Virus record (IMG/VR): IMGVR_UViG_3300037231_000119
Coordinates: 98,447 to 162,446 of that record
Strand: one strand, 5' to 3'
DNA: 64,000 nucleotides
DNA from: a virus
Below are positions 46,935 through 57,590 of the stretch, one piece after another. The notes beneath the pieces are model-generated. The model saw only the letters and a list, made by a program, of their open reading frames with translations. It did no database searches and was not told the origin of the DNA. Position 1 is the first letter of the stretch. The number at the start of each line of letters is the position of its first letter. Position numbers and translations under genes: made by a program.

Positions 46935-48824
46935 TTAGTTGATACGAATGAAGTGATTCACGATAATTGCTTTAACGCGAGTTTCTGCATTAGATGAATT
47001 AAGCGTTACGGCATGTGTATGGGTAGTGTTTTCTACACCGGTATTGTTTGCTAATGAACCAGTTGATGTTACGCCCTCTACGCCACTTCCGGAGGCTGCG
47101 GGCGATAAACCAGTAATCGAAACGCTTCCACCACTATTTGTTATGGAATGTATGTGTTGAGCCGATTCCGTACCTGTATTTCCGCCAGATAATCCATTAA
47201 CAGCGGTTTCGTCTGATTCATAGGTACCTAATGCCAAGTCACCGGCTGGATCTTGGTCTCCATCAGAACGGCCATTATTCTTGCCGCGAAGAACTAATCC
47301 TCTGCAATCCGGTACGGAAGCTACTGTCACTGCGGTAACTGTCGCATACGGAGAAAGGCCCGTTACGCTGATAATCTGACTGGTAGTAATTCCAACCGTA
47401 GAATTTAACGCAGTAATGGTGTTACTAGTATTAGTAAGGGTTCCATTAGTTGAAACCGGGGAGTTAGAGAATAAAACCGTAATTGATCCAGAAGAGGCAG
47501 CGCTTGCGGACATTGTAACTGTAGCTGAAACACTCGAGAATGGAATTGTTGAATCGCCAGTACCTGATGCTAAAGTGAGAGTCCCGGAAGTTAACGGCAC
47601 GCCGGTTCCAGTGCATACTAGGGTTGTTCCGTCTATAATACTTGTAGATACGGTAAAAGTCTGCCCATTATTGGTATATGTGGCTCCAGCCGTGGCATTA
47701 TGAGCACCATAAATAAATGATGTGAAGGTGATTGTAGTGTCGCCTGTACCGGTAACCAGGATCAGTGTTCCTGAGGACGCTGGAACTCCCGATCCAATAG
47801 CAGTTAGGGATGTACCTCCAGTAATAGTAGAACTTACAACAAATGTTTGCGTATTGTTAGAATATGTAGCTCCAGTAGTTGCGTTAGCACCAGCGTAAGT
47901 GAATGCAGAAAACGTAATGGTTGCATCACCCGTACCAGTAACCAGGGTCAGGGTCCCGGATGCTAGAGGGGTACCAGTTCCAACGGCGTTTAAGGTAGTA
48001 GCCCCTGAGATAGTTGTATTGACCGTAAAAGTCTGCCCATTATTGGTATATGTGGCTCCAGCCGTGGCACTTGCTGCGCTTACCGTAAAAATGTATTGGG
48101 TTGAAGAATGTACTGCAAACGTATATTGTGCAGCAGTACCGGGCAGAGCAAACGTGTATTGACTGATACTGGAAACAGTAGTTAGAGCTGGAATGCCAGT
48201 ACCACTGATCAATTCCCCAATCGCTAGGCCTGATACAGAAGAAACATTGGTAAGTTGATTATTTGAGTTAGTGGTTGCCGTAGCGCTCAAAACTAAAGTG
48301 GAGAAGGTGATAGGGCCAGTAGATGTAACCGTGGCAGATGCCGAAGCTGTTACGCTAGATCCACCACCAATACCAAAAGCTTCGTAGGCCGATCCAGGAA
48401 CTGTCTGGCCTTCAGCTAGTACCCATCCAGTTCCAGCCTGGGTTTGGAATTGAGTTAAAGTTAAGAATGCGCTTTGTAAAGATCCAATCGGGGCTGAACC
48501 AGCTGACCCCACCTGAACTTCTGTGCCACTTGAGTTTAAGGTATAAAAGTGGCCGTCTGTTTTGGGGTATAAAGCTAAAACGTTGGTTGGGGGATTGGTG
48601 GAAGGGGTGGAGATTTCTTCGAATTCGAGAGTATTTGAAAGAAGTCCCGCATTAGAAATGCCGATAGTTTTATTGGTTAAATTCTGTGATCCAGCCAAAT
48701 TGACCATCTTTGAATCGATCAGTGCGAAAAGAGCGTCCAGAGTTTCATTGGCCGAACTTCCAATCGATGTGGGTAAAGCCGATCTCTGTACTACCTGCCT
48801 ATCATCCAACGGTTTAAAACTCAT
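46935..48824 (-). CDS. Tail fibre protein with a split collar domain and repeated modules
   Basis: PIGSL...GWVLAEGQ and PDCRGLVLRG collar halves; HxH motifs; ETRVK...NHFIRIN C-terminus. Confidence 0.8.
   Translation of the reverse strand: MSFKPLDDRQVVQRSALPTSIGSSANETLDALFALIDSKMVNLAGSQNLTNKTIGISNAGLLSNTLEFEEISTPSTNPPTNVLALYPKTDGHFYTLNSSGTEVQVGSAGSAPIGSLQSAFLTLTQFQTQAGTGWVLAEGQTVPGSAYEAFGIGGGSSVTASASATVTSTGPITFSTLVLSATATTNSNNQLTNVSSVSGLAIGELISGTGIPALTTVSSISQYTFALPGTAAQYTFAVHSSTQYIFTVSAASATAGATYTNNGQTFTVNTTISGATTLNAVGTGTPLASGTLTLVTGTGDATITFSAFTYAGANATTGATYSNNTQTFVVSSTITGGTSLTAIGSGVPASSGTLILVTGTGDTTITFTSFIYGAHNATAGATYTNNGQTFTVSTSIIDGTTLVCTGTGVPLTSGTLTLASGTGDSTIPFSSVSATVTMSASAASSGSITVLFSNSPVSTNGTLTNTSNTITALNSTVGITTSQIISVTGLSPYATVTAVTVASVPDCRGLVLRGKNNGRSDGDQDPAGDLALGTYESDETAVNGLSGGNTGTESAQHIHSITNSGGSVSITGLSPAASGSGVEGVTSTGSLANNTGVENTTHTHAVTLNSSNAETRVKAIIVNHFIRIN
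47653..48069. repeat. 45-bp exact direct repeat within the fibre gene (47653-47697 and 48025-48069)
   Basis: GTAAAAGTCTGCCCATTATTGGTATATGTGGCTCCAGCCGTGGCA occurs twice. Confidence 0.85.
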
Positions 48825-48861
48825 AATTAATTTCCAACCTCTCGATTCATGCTACCGGTGT

Positions 48862-51237
48862 TCATTGGTAGTACTCTTCCACAAGAACGTAACCGGACGC
48901 TCCAGCCCCACCGTTTCCAGAAGATGACCCGCCACCGCCGCCGCCACCGTAATTTCCGCCACCACTACCATTGCCATTATTTACTGCGCCAGTTCCACCG
49001 CCGCCCATAAACGAACTCCCGCCCAAACCACCTGTACTTGTGGCAACGGACGCAGTCCCGAAAGTTCCACCATCACCACCACCACCAGTTATATTTGTTG
49101 ATCCTAAACTGCCACTGCCCCCCGCACCGCCAGAACCAGGTGTAACAGTGCCGCTTCCACCAGTTCCACCCGCACCACCAGTGGCTTGTGCTAGGGATGC
49201 AAAACTTGTGGTTCCACCGGTCCCACCAGTAGAACTCCCAGACGTTCCACCGGCGCCGCCTGTACCGATAGTTATGGTTTGCGTCGTTGAGATGGATGTC
49301 CCAGGGACCCAAGTAATAGAAGTTCCTCCGCCGGCACCGCCGCCGCCGCCAGAACCCCCCGATGTCGTGGCGCCTATCCCCCCTCCGCCGCCCGCACCGA
49401 CTGCGGTGATCTTTATATAAAGCGGTTTTCTTGGAGATGTAGGAATAGTATAGGTTCCGCTAGAGGTAAATGTCTGCTGTGTCGGTGCTGTGAATGTGGC
49501 CGTCGTAACATTGGAAGAAGCAATCGTACCCGTGATCCCCGTCGCCGTCCCCACCGCGCCGTTGTTGTAGTAGGTCGTGATGATAATGACGCCGGAGCCG
49601 CCAGCGCCTCCATTTGCTCCGGATACACCACCGGTCCCACCTGCGCCACCGGTCCCAACGGAATAGCTATAAGAGGATAGTGGGTTGACAATTGTTGCAT
49701 ATATATATCCGCCCGAACCGCCGCCCGAACCGCTGATACCATTTACTGGTCCGCCCGCGCCGCCGCCACCGCCACCTGTATTGGCCGTACCGGCGTGCCC
49801 TACGGCGCCAGTGACCGATCCAGCACCGCCCCCGCCAAATGCACTTGATCCGCCCGGACCACCGTTAGGAGCGTTAAAAGAACCCTGGTTAAATACGCTC
49901 CCGTCAGTGCCTTGGCCGCCTTGAATTGCTGCGCCCGGAACTGAGCCAAGGGACGCAGTGCCTCCGGTACCACCGACGGCAGTATTCAAGCCGGGATTGC
50001 CTCCGTTGGCCACAAGAAGGGACGTGCCAAAGGTAGTGTTGTTCCCTACAAAGCCGTTATTAAAGCCACTTGTTCCTGAACTACTCGCGCCCCCACCGCC
50101 GCCGACCATCTGCACCGTGATGTAGCTCGCATTGGCTGGAGTCGTGAAGGTGCCAGATCCAGAGGTGAGGGTTGTGACCGTGGGAGTGTAAGCCCCGCCG
50201 TTGCCAGCAGAAGCCCCTAGGCCGTTGAAATAGTATTCGGTAACGAGGATTATTCCTGAACCACCCGCGCCGCCTGCAAAACCATTCGTTCCCGCTCCGC
50301 CCGCAGTTCCAGATGCACCAACGGAATATGCGTATGTGGCCAAAGGATTAACAATAATGGCGTTTACATAGCCACCCGCTCCACCGCCTACACCGGAGAA
50401 ACTTCCAGTTTGGCTATTAGTTCCGCCGCCACCACCGCCTGAACCCGTATTGGCAGCTGCAGCACTTCCAGCCGCACTTTCAACAGATCCTCCACCACCG
50501 CCGAATGGAGTACTACCTCCCGGACCGCCTGCAAGGTTTACCGTCGTGGATGTGTTAGCGGAAGTTCCGCCAGCACTAGCACCTGTTAGAGCTATACCCA
50601 ATGGGCCGGTACCTAAAGATGCTGTTCCGCCGGGTACGATGGCAGCAAACCCGGTAGCAGCACCGCCCCCATTGGCGGTTAATAGAGAAGACCCAAAGGT
50701 TGTTGTTCCGCCTGCTCCAGGAGAGGTCCCTGTAGCATTACCAGATCCATATCCACCACCACCGCCCCCAACCATCTGCACCGTGATAAACGAGACATTC
50801 GCGGGCGTTGTATAGGTGCCAGAACCAGAGAGGAATTTTTGGACGGTGGGACCTGGAGCGCCTATTCCATTTACAGTAGGAGAAAGTACACACCACGTAC
50901 CATCTGCAGTAGCATTAGTTTGTAATTTAATCACTGTGGATCTATTAGGAAGAAGAGTTGTGTAAGAAATACCGGCCGCATCCGTAAATGCCGTACCGTC
51001 CGAGAACTGAATCGTTATAGCGCCAGAGGATTCATTATAGATTTCGAACTTTTGACCTATAGACATTGTGGTCGCTACTGGAAGCTTTATGGTTTGCGTA
51101 GAAGTTCCGGTAAACACCTGAATCGTCTTGCCCAGCGCAACCGTGGAAGCTTGACCACCCAGTAATGTGGTTGTTCCGGCCGCAGTAGCGGTAACGTTAA
51201 TTTCTTCAATTAGAGAGCCATTTAAAAAATTTGCCAT
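48862..51237 (-). CDS. Glycine-rich tail fibre protein with three tandem Gly-rich modules
   Basis: Three copies of SGT(Y/F)T.P...I....VG.GGGG ... G.SG.(I/V).(V/I)..YY. Confidence 0.75.
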   Translation of the reverse strand: MANFLNGSLIEEINVTATAAGTTTLLGGQASTVALGKTIQVFTGTSTQTIKLPVATTMSIGQKFEIYNESSGAITIQFSDGTAFTDAAGISYTTLLPNRSTVIKLQTNATADGTWCVLSPTVNGIGAPGPTVQKFLSGSGTYTTPANVSFITVQMVGGGGGGYGSGNATGTSPGAGGTTTFGSSLLTANGGGAATGFAAIVPGGTASLGTGPLGIALTGASAGGTSANTSTTVNLAGGPGGSTPFGGGGGSVESAAGSAAAANTGSGGGGGGTNSQTGSFSGVGGGAGGYVNAIIVNPLATYAYSVGASGTAGGAGTNGFAGGAGGSGIILVTEYYFNGLGASAGNGGAYTPTVTTLTSGSGTFTTPANASYITVQMVGGGGGASSSGTSGFNNGFVGNNTTFGTSLLVANGGNPGLNTAVGGTGGTASLGSVPGAAIQGGQGTDGSVFNQGSFNAPNGGPGGSSAFGGGGAGSVTGAVGHAGTANTGGGGGGAGGPVNGISGSGGGSGGYIYATIVNPLSSYSYSVGTGGAGGTGGVSGANGGAGGSGVIIITTYYNNGAVGTATGITGTIASSNVTTATFTAPTQQTFTSSGTYTIPTSPRKPLYIKITAVGAGGGGGIGATTSGGSGGGGGAGGGTSITWVPGTSISTTQTITIGTGGAGGTSGSSTGGTGGTTSFASLAQATGGAGGTGGSGTVTPGSGGAGGSGSLGSTNITGGGGDGGTFGTASVATSTGGLGGSSFMGGGGTGAVNNGNGSGGGNYGGGGGGGSSSGNGGAGASGYVLVEEYYQ

Positions 51238-51238
51238 T

Positions 51239-51541
51239 TTACGCCATCCACCCGTCAGCTACAAAATATCCTAAAATATAATTAGAGCTTGAAGTTGCTC
51301 CCGACCACGTAGCCGTAAATCCTGTCGAGCTACGAGCGGTAATAGTTACTGGCTGAAACTGAATCAGGGTGTCGGTAGAGTCAAACATCCAAGCTACGAC
51401 TCTGGGAGAGGCGTTACCGGTTTGTAAGGTTAACGGAAAAGTTACAACCTTAGTCGTAATTCCAGAAGCCAGAGTTACTTCCTGGTCAATCTGGATCGTG
51501 CGGGCGACACCATTTATAAGTCTGGTAAATGTTCCGGCCAT
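51239..51541 (-). CDS. Small tail/fibre-associated protein (H-type lectin-like)
   Basis: VTFP...PRVV...ITARSSTGFTA. Confidence 0.5.
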   Translation of the reverse strand: MAGTFTRLINGVARTIQIDQEVTLASGITTKVVTFPLTLQTGNASPRVVAWMFDSTDTLIQFQPVTITARSSTGFTATWSGATSSSNYILGYFVADGWMA

Positions 51542-51571
51542 ATTTACCCCTTAACTCCGTATATCATGGGA

Positions 51572-54037
51572 TTACGATACTCCCATAACTTGGATAGAGA
51601 CAAAAATGGTACTAGCCGTTTGAGCAATACCCACCTTTGTATTGGCGTCTCCACTGGCGGGAGCAAAAGTACTGTAGGGAACAAAAGCTCCAGCACTTCC
51701 CAAGTAAACGGGTCTGCCTTGGTCTGATGAGCCAAATGTAGTGTCGGATGATCCTAAAGTTAGAGTTCCTTCAGTTACAACTGTAATAGTCGTACCAGTA
51801 GGGACCGAACTAGCGGAGCTGAAAAGTCCAACCGCCCAGAACAGATCAAAAGAGGCTGTATTCCAGTCAGCAACATAAAGCCTTCCAGCCGTTTCTCCAT
51901 TAGAAGGCATACCCCAACGCATGACATATGTGGTATTGGCCGTAAGAGTCGTAGCTCCCCCATAAACAGCGGTCATTTCAGTAGTTGGAGCAACCAAGGC
52001 GCCACTCAAAGTTACGTTTGTAGCTAGAACTGTCCCTGTTAAAGTTGGGCTTGCACTTTGAACAACGGATCCGGTACCGGTCGTGGTGGCTGCTGAAATG
52101 GCAGTTCCATTACCTTGCAGGATTCCAGTAACTGAAGTTGCCATGGTCAAAACGTTAGCGCTATAGGATCCCGTGAACCCATTGGCAGATGCAACGGTTG
52201 AAACGATTGCACCTTGTGCGCCGTTGACGAATGTTACACCATCAGCAGAAGGAGCTTGTTGCCATTGACCCAAAGTGCCGGAATAAATAACCAAATTACC
52301 AACTTGGAAATTGGTCATTGAGGGATCAGTCAACCCCGCAACAGTACCAAGATCTAGAGCGCTAACCCTATATACGAAGCCATTAGTACCGGTACCATCT
52401 GCAAGAGCGGGAGTGTTTGTATTTGGATTCCAGGCTCCTTGGTATTCCATTACTACCGAGGGAAGAAAGGAGGCGGGAATTTTGGAGCTTCCATCAAGAG
52501 GAGCAACGCCCGATGCAGCACCGACCTCAGACTGAGTCACATAGGTAGCCGACAAACTTGGAATATCGGCAGAAACCAAAGCTCTAAAGGTAGGTTGAGC
52601 TGCTGATCCAGAACTAGGTCCGGCAAATACGGTGTTGGCGGATTGGGTAGTAAGGGTTTGGGTAAGTGTACCGGAACTGGTGACTGGAGATCCCGAAATA
52701 CCGTATATTGGCGTGGTGGAAGCATCAGCAAAAGCCACTGAGGTAACAGTGCCACTAGTGGATGGAGTCGCCCAATGCCCATCGCCAGAACTATTCGTCG
52801 ATGTCCAAACCTCACCAGAGGTGATGGCCCCACTAAGATCGTTGAACCGAATCTTGCCCTTTGTGGTATTACCCGTTCCTGGGGTAAGAATGATACTTCC
52901 ACCAATACCAGTGGCGCCGGTAGCATTTCCCGCGATAACGTTGACGTTTCCACCCGTACCGACCGTGTCGTTCGTTCCACCAGCGGCCAATTGAAGAAGG
53001 CCGCCGCCAGTTCCTAAACTGGTGCCACCCGAGAAACTGCCCGCTTGAACCAATAAGTCGCCGGGGGCGCCCGATCCAGCATCAACGGAGCCAGCGTTAA
53101 TATGAACAGGCCCGGCAGTTCCCGCTCCGTCTACAATATTTCCCGCGCTAATGAAAACACCGCCCGTGTTTCCAGTTGAAGCCGCGTTGGTTTGGTCGCC
53201 AGACACAAGGACTACGTTGGATGTATTATTTCCAGCAATTGCCGTGTCAGTAGATCCCAGAACAATCGCTAAATTAGTCTGGTCGAGATCCGAATTGTTT
53301 CCAAGGAAGGTAGATGGAGATCCGGTATAGTCGGACGTATAGGTACCCAGAGCTTCCAGTGGAGGTGGCAAAGAGAAGGAGGCTTGCCAAGTAGGAGCAC
53401 TGCTTGCGCCAGTGGAGGTCAGGACGTAACCAGAAGTACTCATCCCTGAAGATAGGGATTGCAGCGGTCCAGTAGAAGTCGTTCCGCCAGCGATAGGCGC
53501 ATAAGCGGTGAAGCTTGTATTTCCAGTACCGCCACTAGCAACAACTAAAGCCGAAGAAAGTGTAAGGGCGGCAGCTGTAACAGTTCCAGTAAAAGTCGGA
53601 CCTGCGGACAGAACAACGGTGCTACCAGTTCCAGTCGTAGTGCCAGCTATAAGAGCCGTACCATTAGCGGCTACTACGGGCGTAGTGAGTGTAGTGGAAA
53701 TAGTTAATATTGGAGTTGATCCACCGCTGGACGTACCGGCGAATCCATTGGAGGAAGCTATGGAGATAGCCGTAACTCCGGTCGCCGCAGGAGCTGCCCA
53801 ACTTAGAACTCCCGTGCCATCGTTAGTCAGGACATATCCTGAAGAGGCCGCCTGGGCAGTTGGCCAAATCATGGCGTAGGTGACTGTGGTCGCGGAGGCG
53901 TTTATCACTACATGTCCGGACGTGCTTCCGTCCATCTGCAAAGATCCGCCAAGCTCCAGGTTATTCGAGGGATTGGAGAGATCTACAGTACGATCTGCAC
54001 CGGATATGAGGCTTAAAAATTTGCTGTAATTTGCCAT
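51572..54037 (-). CDS. Tail fibre-like virion protein
   Basis: Ser/Thr/Gly-rich; GVAPLDGSSKIP..LP, YQGAW, GYVLT..G.G..SW and PTFRALV.ADIP fibre motifs. Confidence 0.7.
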   Translation of the reverse strand: MANYSKFLSLISGADRTVDLSNPSNNLELGGSLQMDGSTSGHVVINASATTVTYAMIWPTAQAASSGYVLTNDGTGVLSWAAPAATGVTAISIASSNGFAGTSSGGSTPILTISTTLTTPVVAANGTALIAGTTTGTGSTVVLSAGPTFTGTVTAAALTLSSALVVASGGTGNTSFTAYAPIAGGTTSTGPLQSLSSGMSTSGYVLTSTGASSAPTWQASFSLPPPLEALGTYTSDYTGSPSTFLGNNSDLDQTNLAIVLGSTDTAIAGNNTSNVVLVSGDQTNAASTGNTGGVFISAGNIVDGAGTAGPVHINAGSVDAGSGAPGDLLVQAGSFSGGTSLGTGGGLLQLAAGGTNDTVGTGGNVNVIAGNATGATGIGGSIILTPGTGNTTKGKIRFNDLSGAITSGEVWTSTNSSGDGHWATPSTSGTVTSVAFADASTTPIYGISGSPVTSSGTLTQTLTTQSANTVFAGPSSGSAAQPTFRALVSADIPSLSATYVTQSEVGAASGVAPLDGSSKIPASFLPSVVMEYQGAWNPNTNTPALADGTGTNGFVYRVSALDLGTVAGLTDPSMTNFQVGNLVIYSGTLGQWQQAPSADGVTFVNGAQGAIVSTVASANGFTGSYSANVLTMATSVTGILQGNGTAISAATTTGTGSVVQSASPTLTGTVLATNVTLSGALVAPTTEMTAVYGGATTLTANTTYVMRWGMPSNGETAGRLYVADWNTASFDLFWAVGLFSSASSVPTGTTITVVTEGTLTLGSSDTTFGSSDQGRPVYLGSAGAFVPYSTFAPASGDANTKVGIAQTASTIFVSIQVMGVS

Positions 54038-54123
54038 GGCGGATATTTCCTAGGGATAAAAATCTTCTAACTATAAGATTGCTTTGCGAATTTATATTAA
54101 GATAGGTACGTGAAATTATTGGC

Positions 54124-54579
54124 TTATAATACCCCAACGACCTGTGTAAACAAGGATATGTCAAATTCCAAAATATTAACTTCGTTGGGTACCAAGACCC
54201 CCATAAAAATGCAGTACATGCCGGACGTAAAGCCATTTGAACCAGCTACAGGAATAATATTTGTGGGATTGGCGTCTGTTCCGATATAGAGAGGTGTTCC
54301 CAAAGGATAGGAATTAGTATTTGTATATAGCTTTAGGCGACCCGTTAGGATAACTGGGCCACTGGAAGAAACGGGAATACGTACATTCGCATACCCAACC
54401 ATATTACTCACAGAGGCTTGACTGCTTACATTCAGAGGAACTATCAGACCTGAAGAATTTGCGTAAACCGCCATAGCTTGCGGGATAGCCACGCTGCCAG
54501 AAGCGTTGGTATAGTTTGTGGTAATAGATTCAGCACTTCCAGTACTTTGCTCATTAAATGACACGGGGGAATACGACAT
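54124..54579 (-). CDS. Virion structural protein (putative)
   Basis: Resembles the C-terminal domain of the neighbouring fibre (G..V..G...G.P.Y.G). Start MSYSP follows the upstream stop. Confidence 0.55.
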   Translation of the reverse strand: MSYSPVSFNEQSTGSAESITTNYTNASGSVAIPQAMAVYANSSGLIVPLNVSSQASVSNMVGYANVRIPVSSSGPVILTGRLKLYTNTNSYPLGTPLYIGTDANPTNIIPVAGSNGFTSGMYCIFMGVLVPNEVNILEFDISLFTQVVGVL

Positions 54580-54580
54580 A

Positions 54581-57532
54581 TTAGAACACGCTCCAGGTAC
54601 TACCATCGCTTACCAACGAAACAGACATGTACTGAGTGGATAGCCCATAAGGGGGATTAAAGGTGCTGGTTCCATCGATCAAATCGGATCCAGCTGCGGC
54701 CACTGTTACGGAATTAACACTCCCATCAATTCGTTTTATGTAGAGTGCTTTTCCGGAAGCGCTGGAAGCTGATGGGAGAGTGATAGTGATATTTCCAGAA
54801 GTTGCATTAACTTTTATAAATCCATCCGTAAGAAGAACGGTGTAAGAGCTAGTCTTAGTCGAAATTGGGATTGGTCCATTCAATGCGTCTGTTCCGGGAG
54901 GTCCTGCTGGTCCTTGAGGCCCAGGAATATTTGAAGATCCGCCTCCACCGCCTCCTCCTAAGCCTATTCTCAGCTCCAGTTCGTCCCCGACGACCAAGCC
55001 ACCACCAGGAAGCGTAAGAATTTCAATTTGATTGGATGGGGCGCCCGCTGCACCCACTTCAGAATATGCTCCGGACTCAACATCTAGAAATTGACCATTC
55101 AAAAATACTTGGAGGGTTCCTTTGCCAACCGTATACTGAGCCAGTGTATTACTCTCTCGAGAATTGAGAGGCATAGTGATAACAGTACTGTTTGCGATTG
55201 GACCATTTAAGGACGTGGGCGGAGTCGCTCCCGATGCTACTATCTCAATAACTTCGTCATAAGTGGGTGAATCTAGAGAAGCGATCAATTCGCCATAAGC
55301 AACATCCAGTTCCTTAATAGCAAGAGTTAAATTGTCTCCATCATGGATAATGAAGTTTCCAGTACCAGTTCCGGTTTGTGAAGTCGTAACTGCAAAAGGA
55401 GTACCAACATTGCCATTAACAGTCGCGCTAGCAAAACCAGCCGATGTGTTCGTAACGACTAAAGTCCCAGCGCCAGACGTAGCGCTGAAATCTCCGGCCG
55501 AGGTCGTATTTAAAGCAGCGGCCAGTTCAGAGGCAACCAAAGTCGAACTATCCGAACTGAGAATTGGAACTTCAATATAAGTATTGACATTTGGAACTAC
55601 AGGAGCAGCACCAGAGCCATTCACCTGGAACCAAACAGCATACTGCCGGGCATCTGAAGAAGAATAAATTTGGAAGTATTGCCCGGCAGTAATCGTTGAA
55701 CCAGCGCCAATCGTAATATCGGTAATTTGCGGAACAGACCCTGGACTTAATGAGGCGCTATAGTTTGGCTTAGAGGCAGATGCTGATGGAGATCCAATAT
55801 ATTGCAGGAGTTCTTGGGAGGTTGTTCCACTGATATTTACGGATTCACCATTATCAAGTTCCATGCCAAGAAAGCGAATGTAAACTTTTGGACTTCCACC
55901 ATTATCTTCACGCAAAAACAACCAGAAAACGTCACCATTAACTGGAACAGATGCACGGGGAGCGATAAATATATTTCTAGTGGTAGTAGGGGTAGCAGTT
56001 GCAAGATATGAGCCAAATGCAAACTCTGCGGCGACACCACCGGGATTATTATCTGCGGGTAGCACGTTGGTAGTTAAAGTTACACTCGAGCCACTGTTAA
56101 TAGTCGAGATTTCATAGTACCCAGTAAATTGATTTGTTCCAACTTTGATCAAATCGCCAGGAAGAAGACCGGTTGTCCAAGTAACAGCTCCTACAGAAGT
56201 AACGGTTGGCGATCCGGAAGTGAAGATAAGCGGGGGAGTAATTGGGACATCCCTAACCAAAGTAATGTAGGCGCATTCATCATTAGCTAAAGTAATATCT
56301 GCCGATGTGGGATTCGCAGCAATGACATAAGAAAGAGAGGATCCAATGACATCAATTTCGATAGGGTCATTCCAGTTGATTTGGCCTGCGGTAGTGATAA
56401 CGCTCGGGGAGTAAAAAGTAACCCCTATGCCGACGCCGTTAATGGTAGCCTCTTGAGACATAGTAACCGTAGAGCCTGAAATGCTTACAATGGTGGTATT
56501 TTGTGGAATGCCGGTACCGAAGATATACTGTCCATCTGCAAGGCCTGTAACTGAGGCAAGGCTTGTCAGTTGATTGGAGCCGGTAGAAACTGTTCCGGAC
56601 GTAACAAGGATGGAGTTAGAGTTGGGCAGGATACCATTAGAAATCTCGCCAGCGCCAGTAATGACGGTATTGGAGAGGTCCTGATAAAGGGAGATAAGGG
56701 TTGGAGGCTGTGGGGCGGGCGCTGGTCCAGCGGGTCCGGCAAACCATGTCGTAGTGCCCTGGATAAGCTCCAACTGCGACATGATAGCATTCATCCAATC
56801 CTTAAGACAAGTTAACTGTTTGTCTCCACCTATAAACGGGGTGGCCGAGCTATCAATGGCCGAAACGGTAGTAGGGGGCTGGGTACGTCCTGCAGACCAT
56901 GGATAGGTATAGCCGGGATTAGGATTGATTCCACCAGTCTCGAGACTGCAAAACATCCAACGAGCATCAGTTATCGTGAGTACGTTTCCATTACCGTCCG
57001 TAGTGACGATAGCAATAGGAAGGACGTTTTCGGCCCAGACAGAAGTTGTTATAAGTACTTGAAATGTAAGGGTTTGAGAAGCTGGCGCAATTACTGGGAT
57101 CTCGTCCGAGGCAGAAGCGTTCCAGATGAATTTGACTAAATCAGTACTGGAATCTGGAAATCTGTTGTAGTCCAAACCAACATAGTTGGTGCTGTTAGCA
57201 CTAAATGATCCGGTAACACTGGTGTTAACGGCGGCATTTAGAATTTGATTCGGAGTGCCCGTAGGAGTCTGGAAGATGGTTCCAGATACGGAAGCGTCGA
57301 TATGCATCACGGAGCCCGGATCGACCACTAACTGAAGTCCATTCGCGGGGGCTCCAATAGCTCCGGCAGTAACAATCGAAAACCCTCTAACAAAATAGCC
57401 CTGCTGGGTGTTAGTAATAATCCCCGTTACCATTTCATCGAAGTCATTTCTAGACGCACTTTCGATGCGTCTCATATCATCGATTCCAAGTCTTTGTTCT
57501 GAAAGGAGATTTAGGCTTGATAGGATTGCCAT
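54581..57532 (-). CDS. Baseplate/tail structural protein
   Basis: 983 aa, beta-rich; LQVFLNGQ, a short collagen-like GPQGPAGPPG, and a C-terminal fibre motif (TITLP.A....G....IKR.D). Confidence 0.7.
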   Translation of the reverse strand: MAILSSLNLLSEQRLGIDDMRRIESASRNDFDEMVTGIITNTQQGYFVRGFSIVTAGAIGAPANGLQLVVDPGSVMHIDASVSGTIFQTPTGTPNQILNAAVNTSVTGSFSANSTNYVGLDYNRFPDSSTDLVKFIWNASASDEIPVIAPASQTLTFQVLITTSVWAENVLPIAIVTTDGNGNVLTITDARWMFCSLETGGINPNPGYTYPWSAGRTQPPTTVSAIDSSATPFIGGDKQLTCLKDWMNAIMSQLELIQGTTTWFAGPAGPAPAPQPPTLISLYQDLSNTVITGAGEISNGILPNSNSILVTSGTVSTGSNQLTSLASVTGLADGQYIFGTGIPQNTTIVSISGSTVTMSQEATINGVGIGVTFYSPSVITTAGQINWNDPIEIDVIGSSLSYVIAANPTSADITLANDECAYITLVRDVPITPPLIFTSGSPTVTSVGAVTWTTGLLPGDLIKVGTNQFTGYYEISTINSGSSVTLTTNVLPADNNPGGVAAEFAFGSYLATATPTTTRNIFIAPRASVPVNGDVFWLFLREDNGGSPKVYIRFLGMELDNGESVNISGTTSQELLQYIGSPSASASKPNYSASLSPGSVPQITDITIGAGSTITAGQYFQIYSSSDARQYAVWFQVNGSGAAPVVPNVNTYIEVPILSSDSSTLVASELAAALNTTSAGDFSATSGAGTLVVTNTSAGFASATVNGNVGTPFAVTTSQTGTGTGNFIIHDGDNLTLAIKELDVAYGELIASLDSPTYDEVIEIVASGATPPTSLNGPIANSTVITMPLNSRESNTLAQYTVGKGTLQVFLNGQFLDVESGAYSEVGAAGAPSNQIEILTLPGGGLVVGDELELRIGLGGGGGGGSSNIPGPQGPAGPPGTDALNGPIPISTKTSSYTVLLTDGFIKVNATSGNITITLPSASSASGKALYIKRIDGSVNSVTVAAAGSDLIDGTSTFNPPYGLSTQYMSVSLVSDGSTWSVF

Positions 57533-57590
57533 CGCTTTGTTCCGTTCGCTAATTGCTTATACCGCTATGGGTTCTACTATAAGATTGTCA

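Noticed and set aside
47653-48069. DGR template/variable repeat pair
   Set aside because: The copies are identical with no adenine-specific mismatches, both are in-frame protein repeats, and no reverse transcriptase is in the window.
47416-56815. Plus-strand Pro/Val-rich ORFs in the tail region
   Set aside because: They are antisense shadows of Gly/Thr-rich minus-strand genes.
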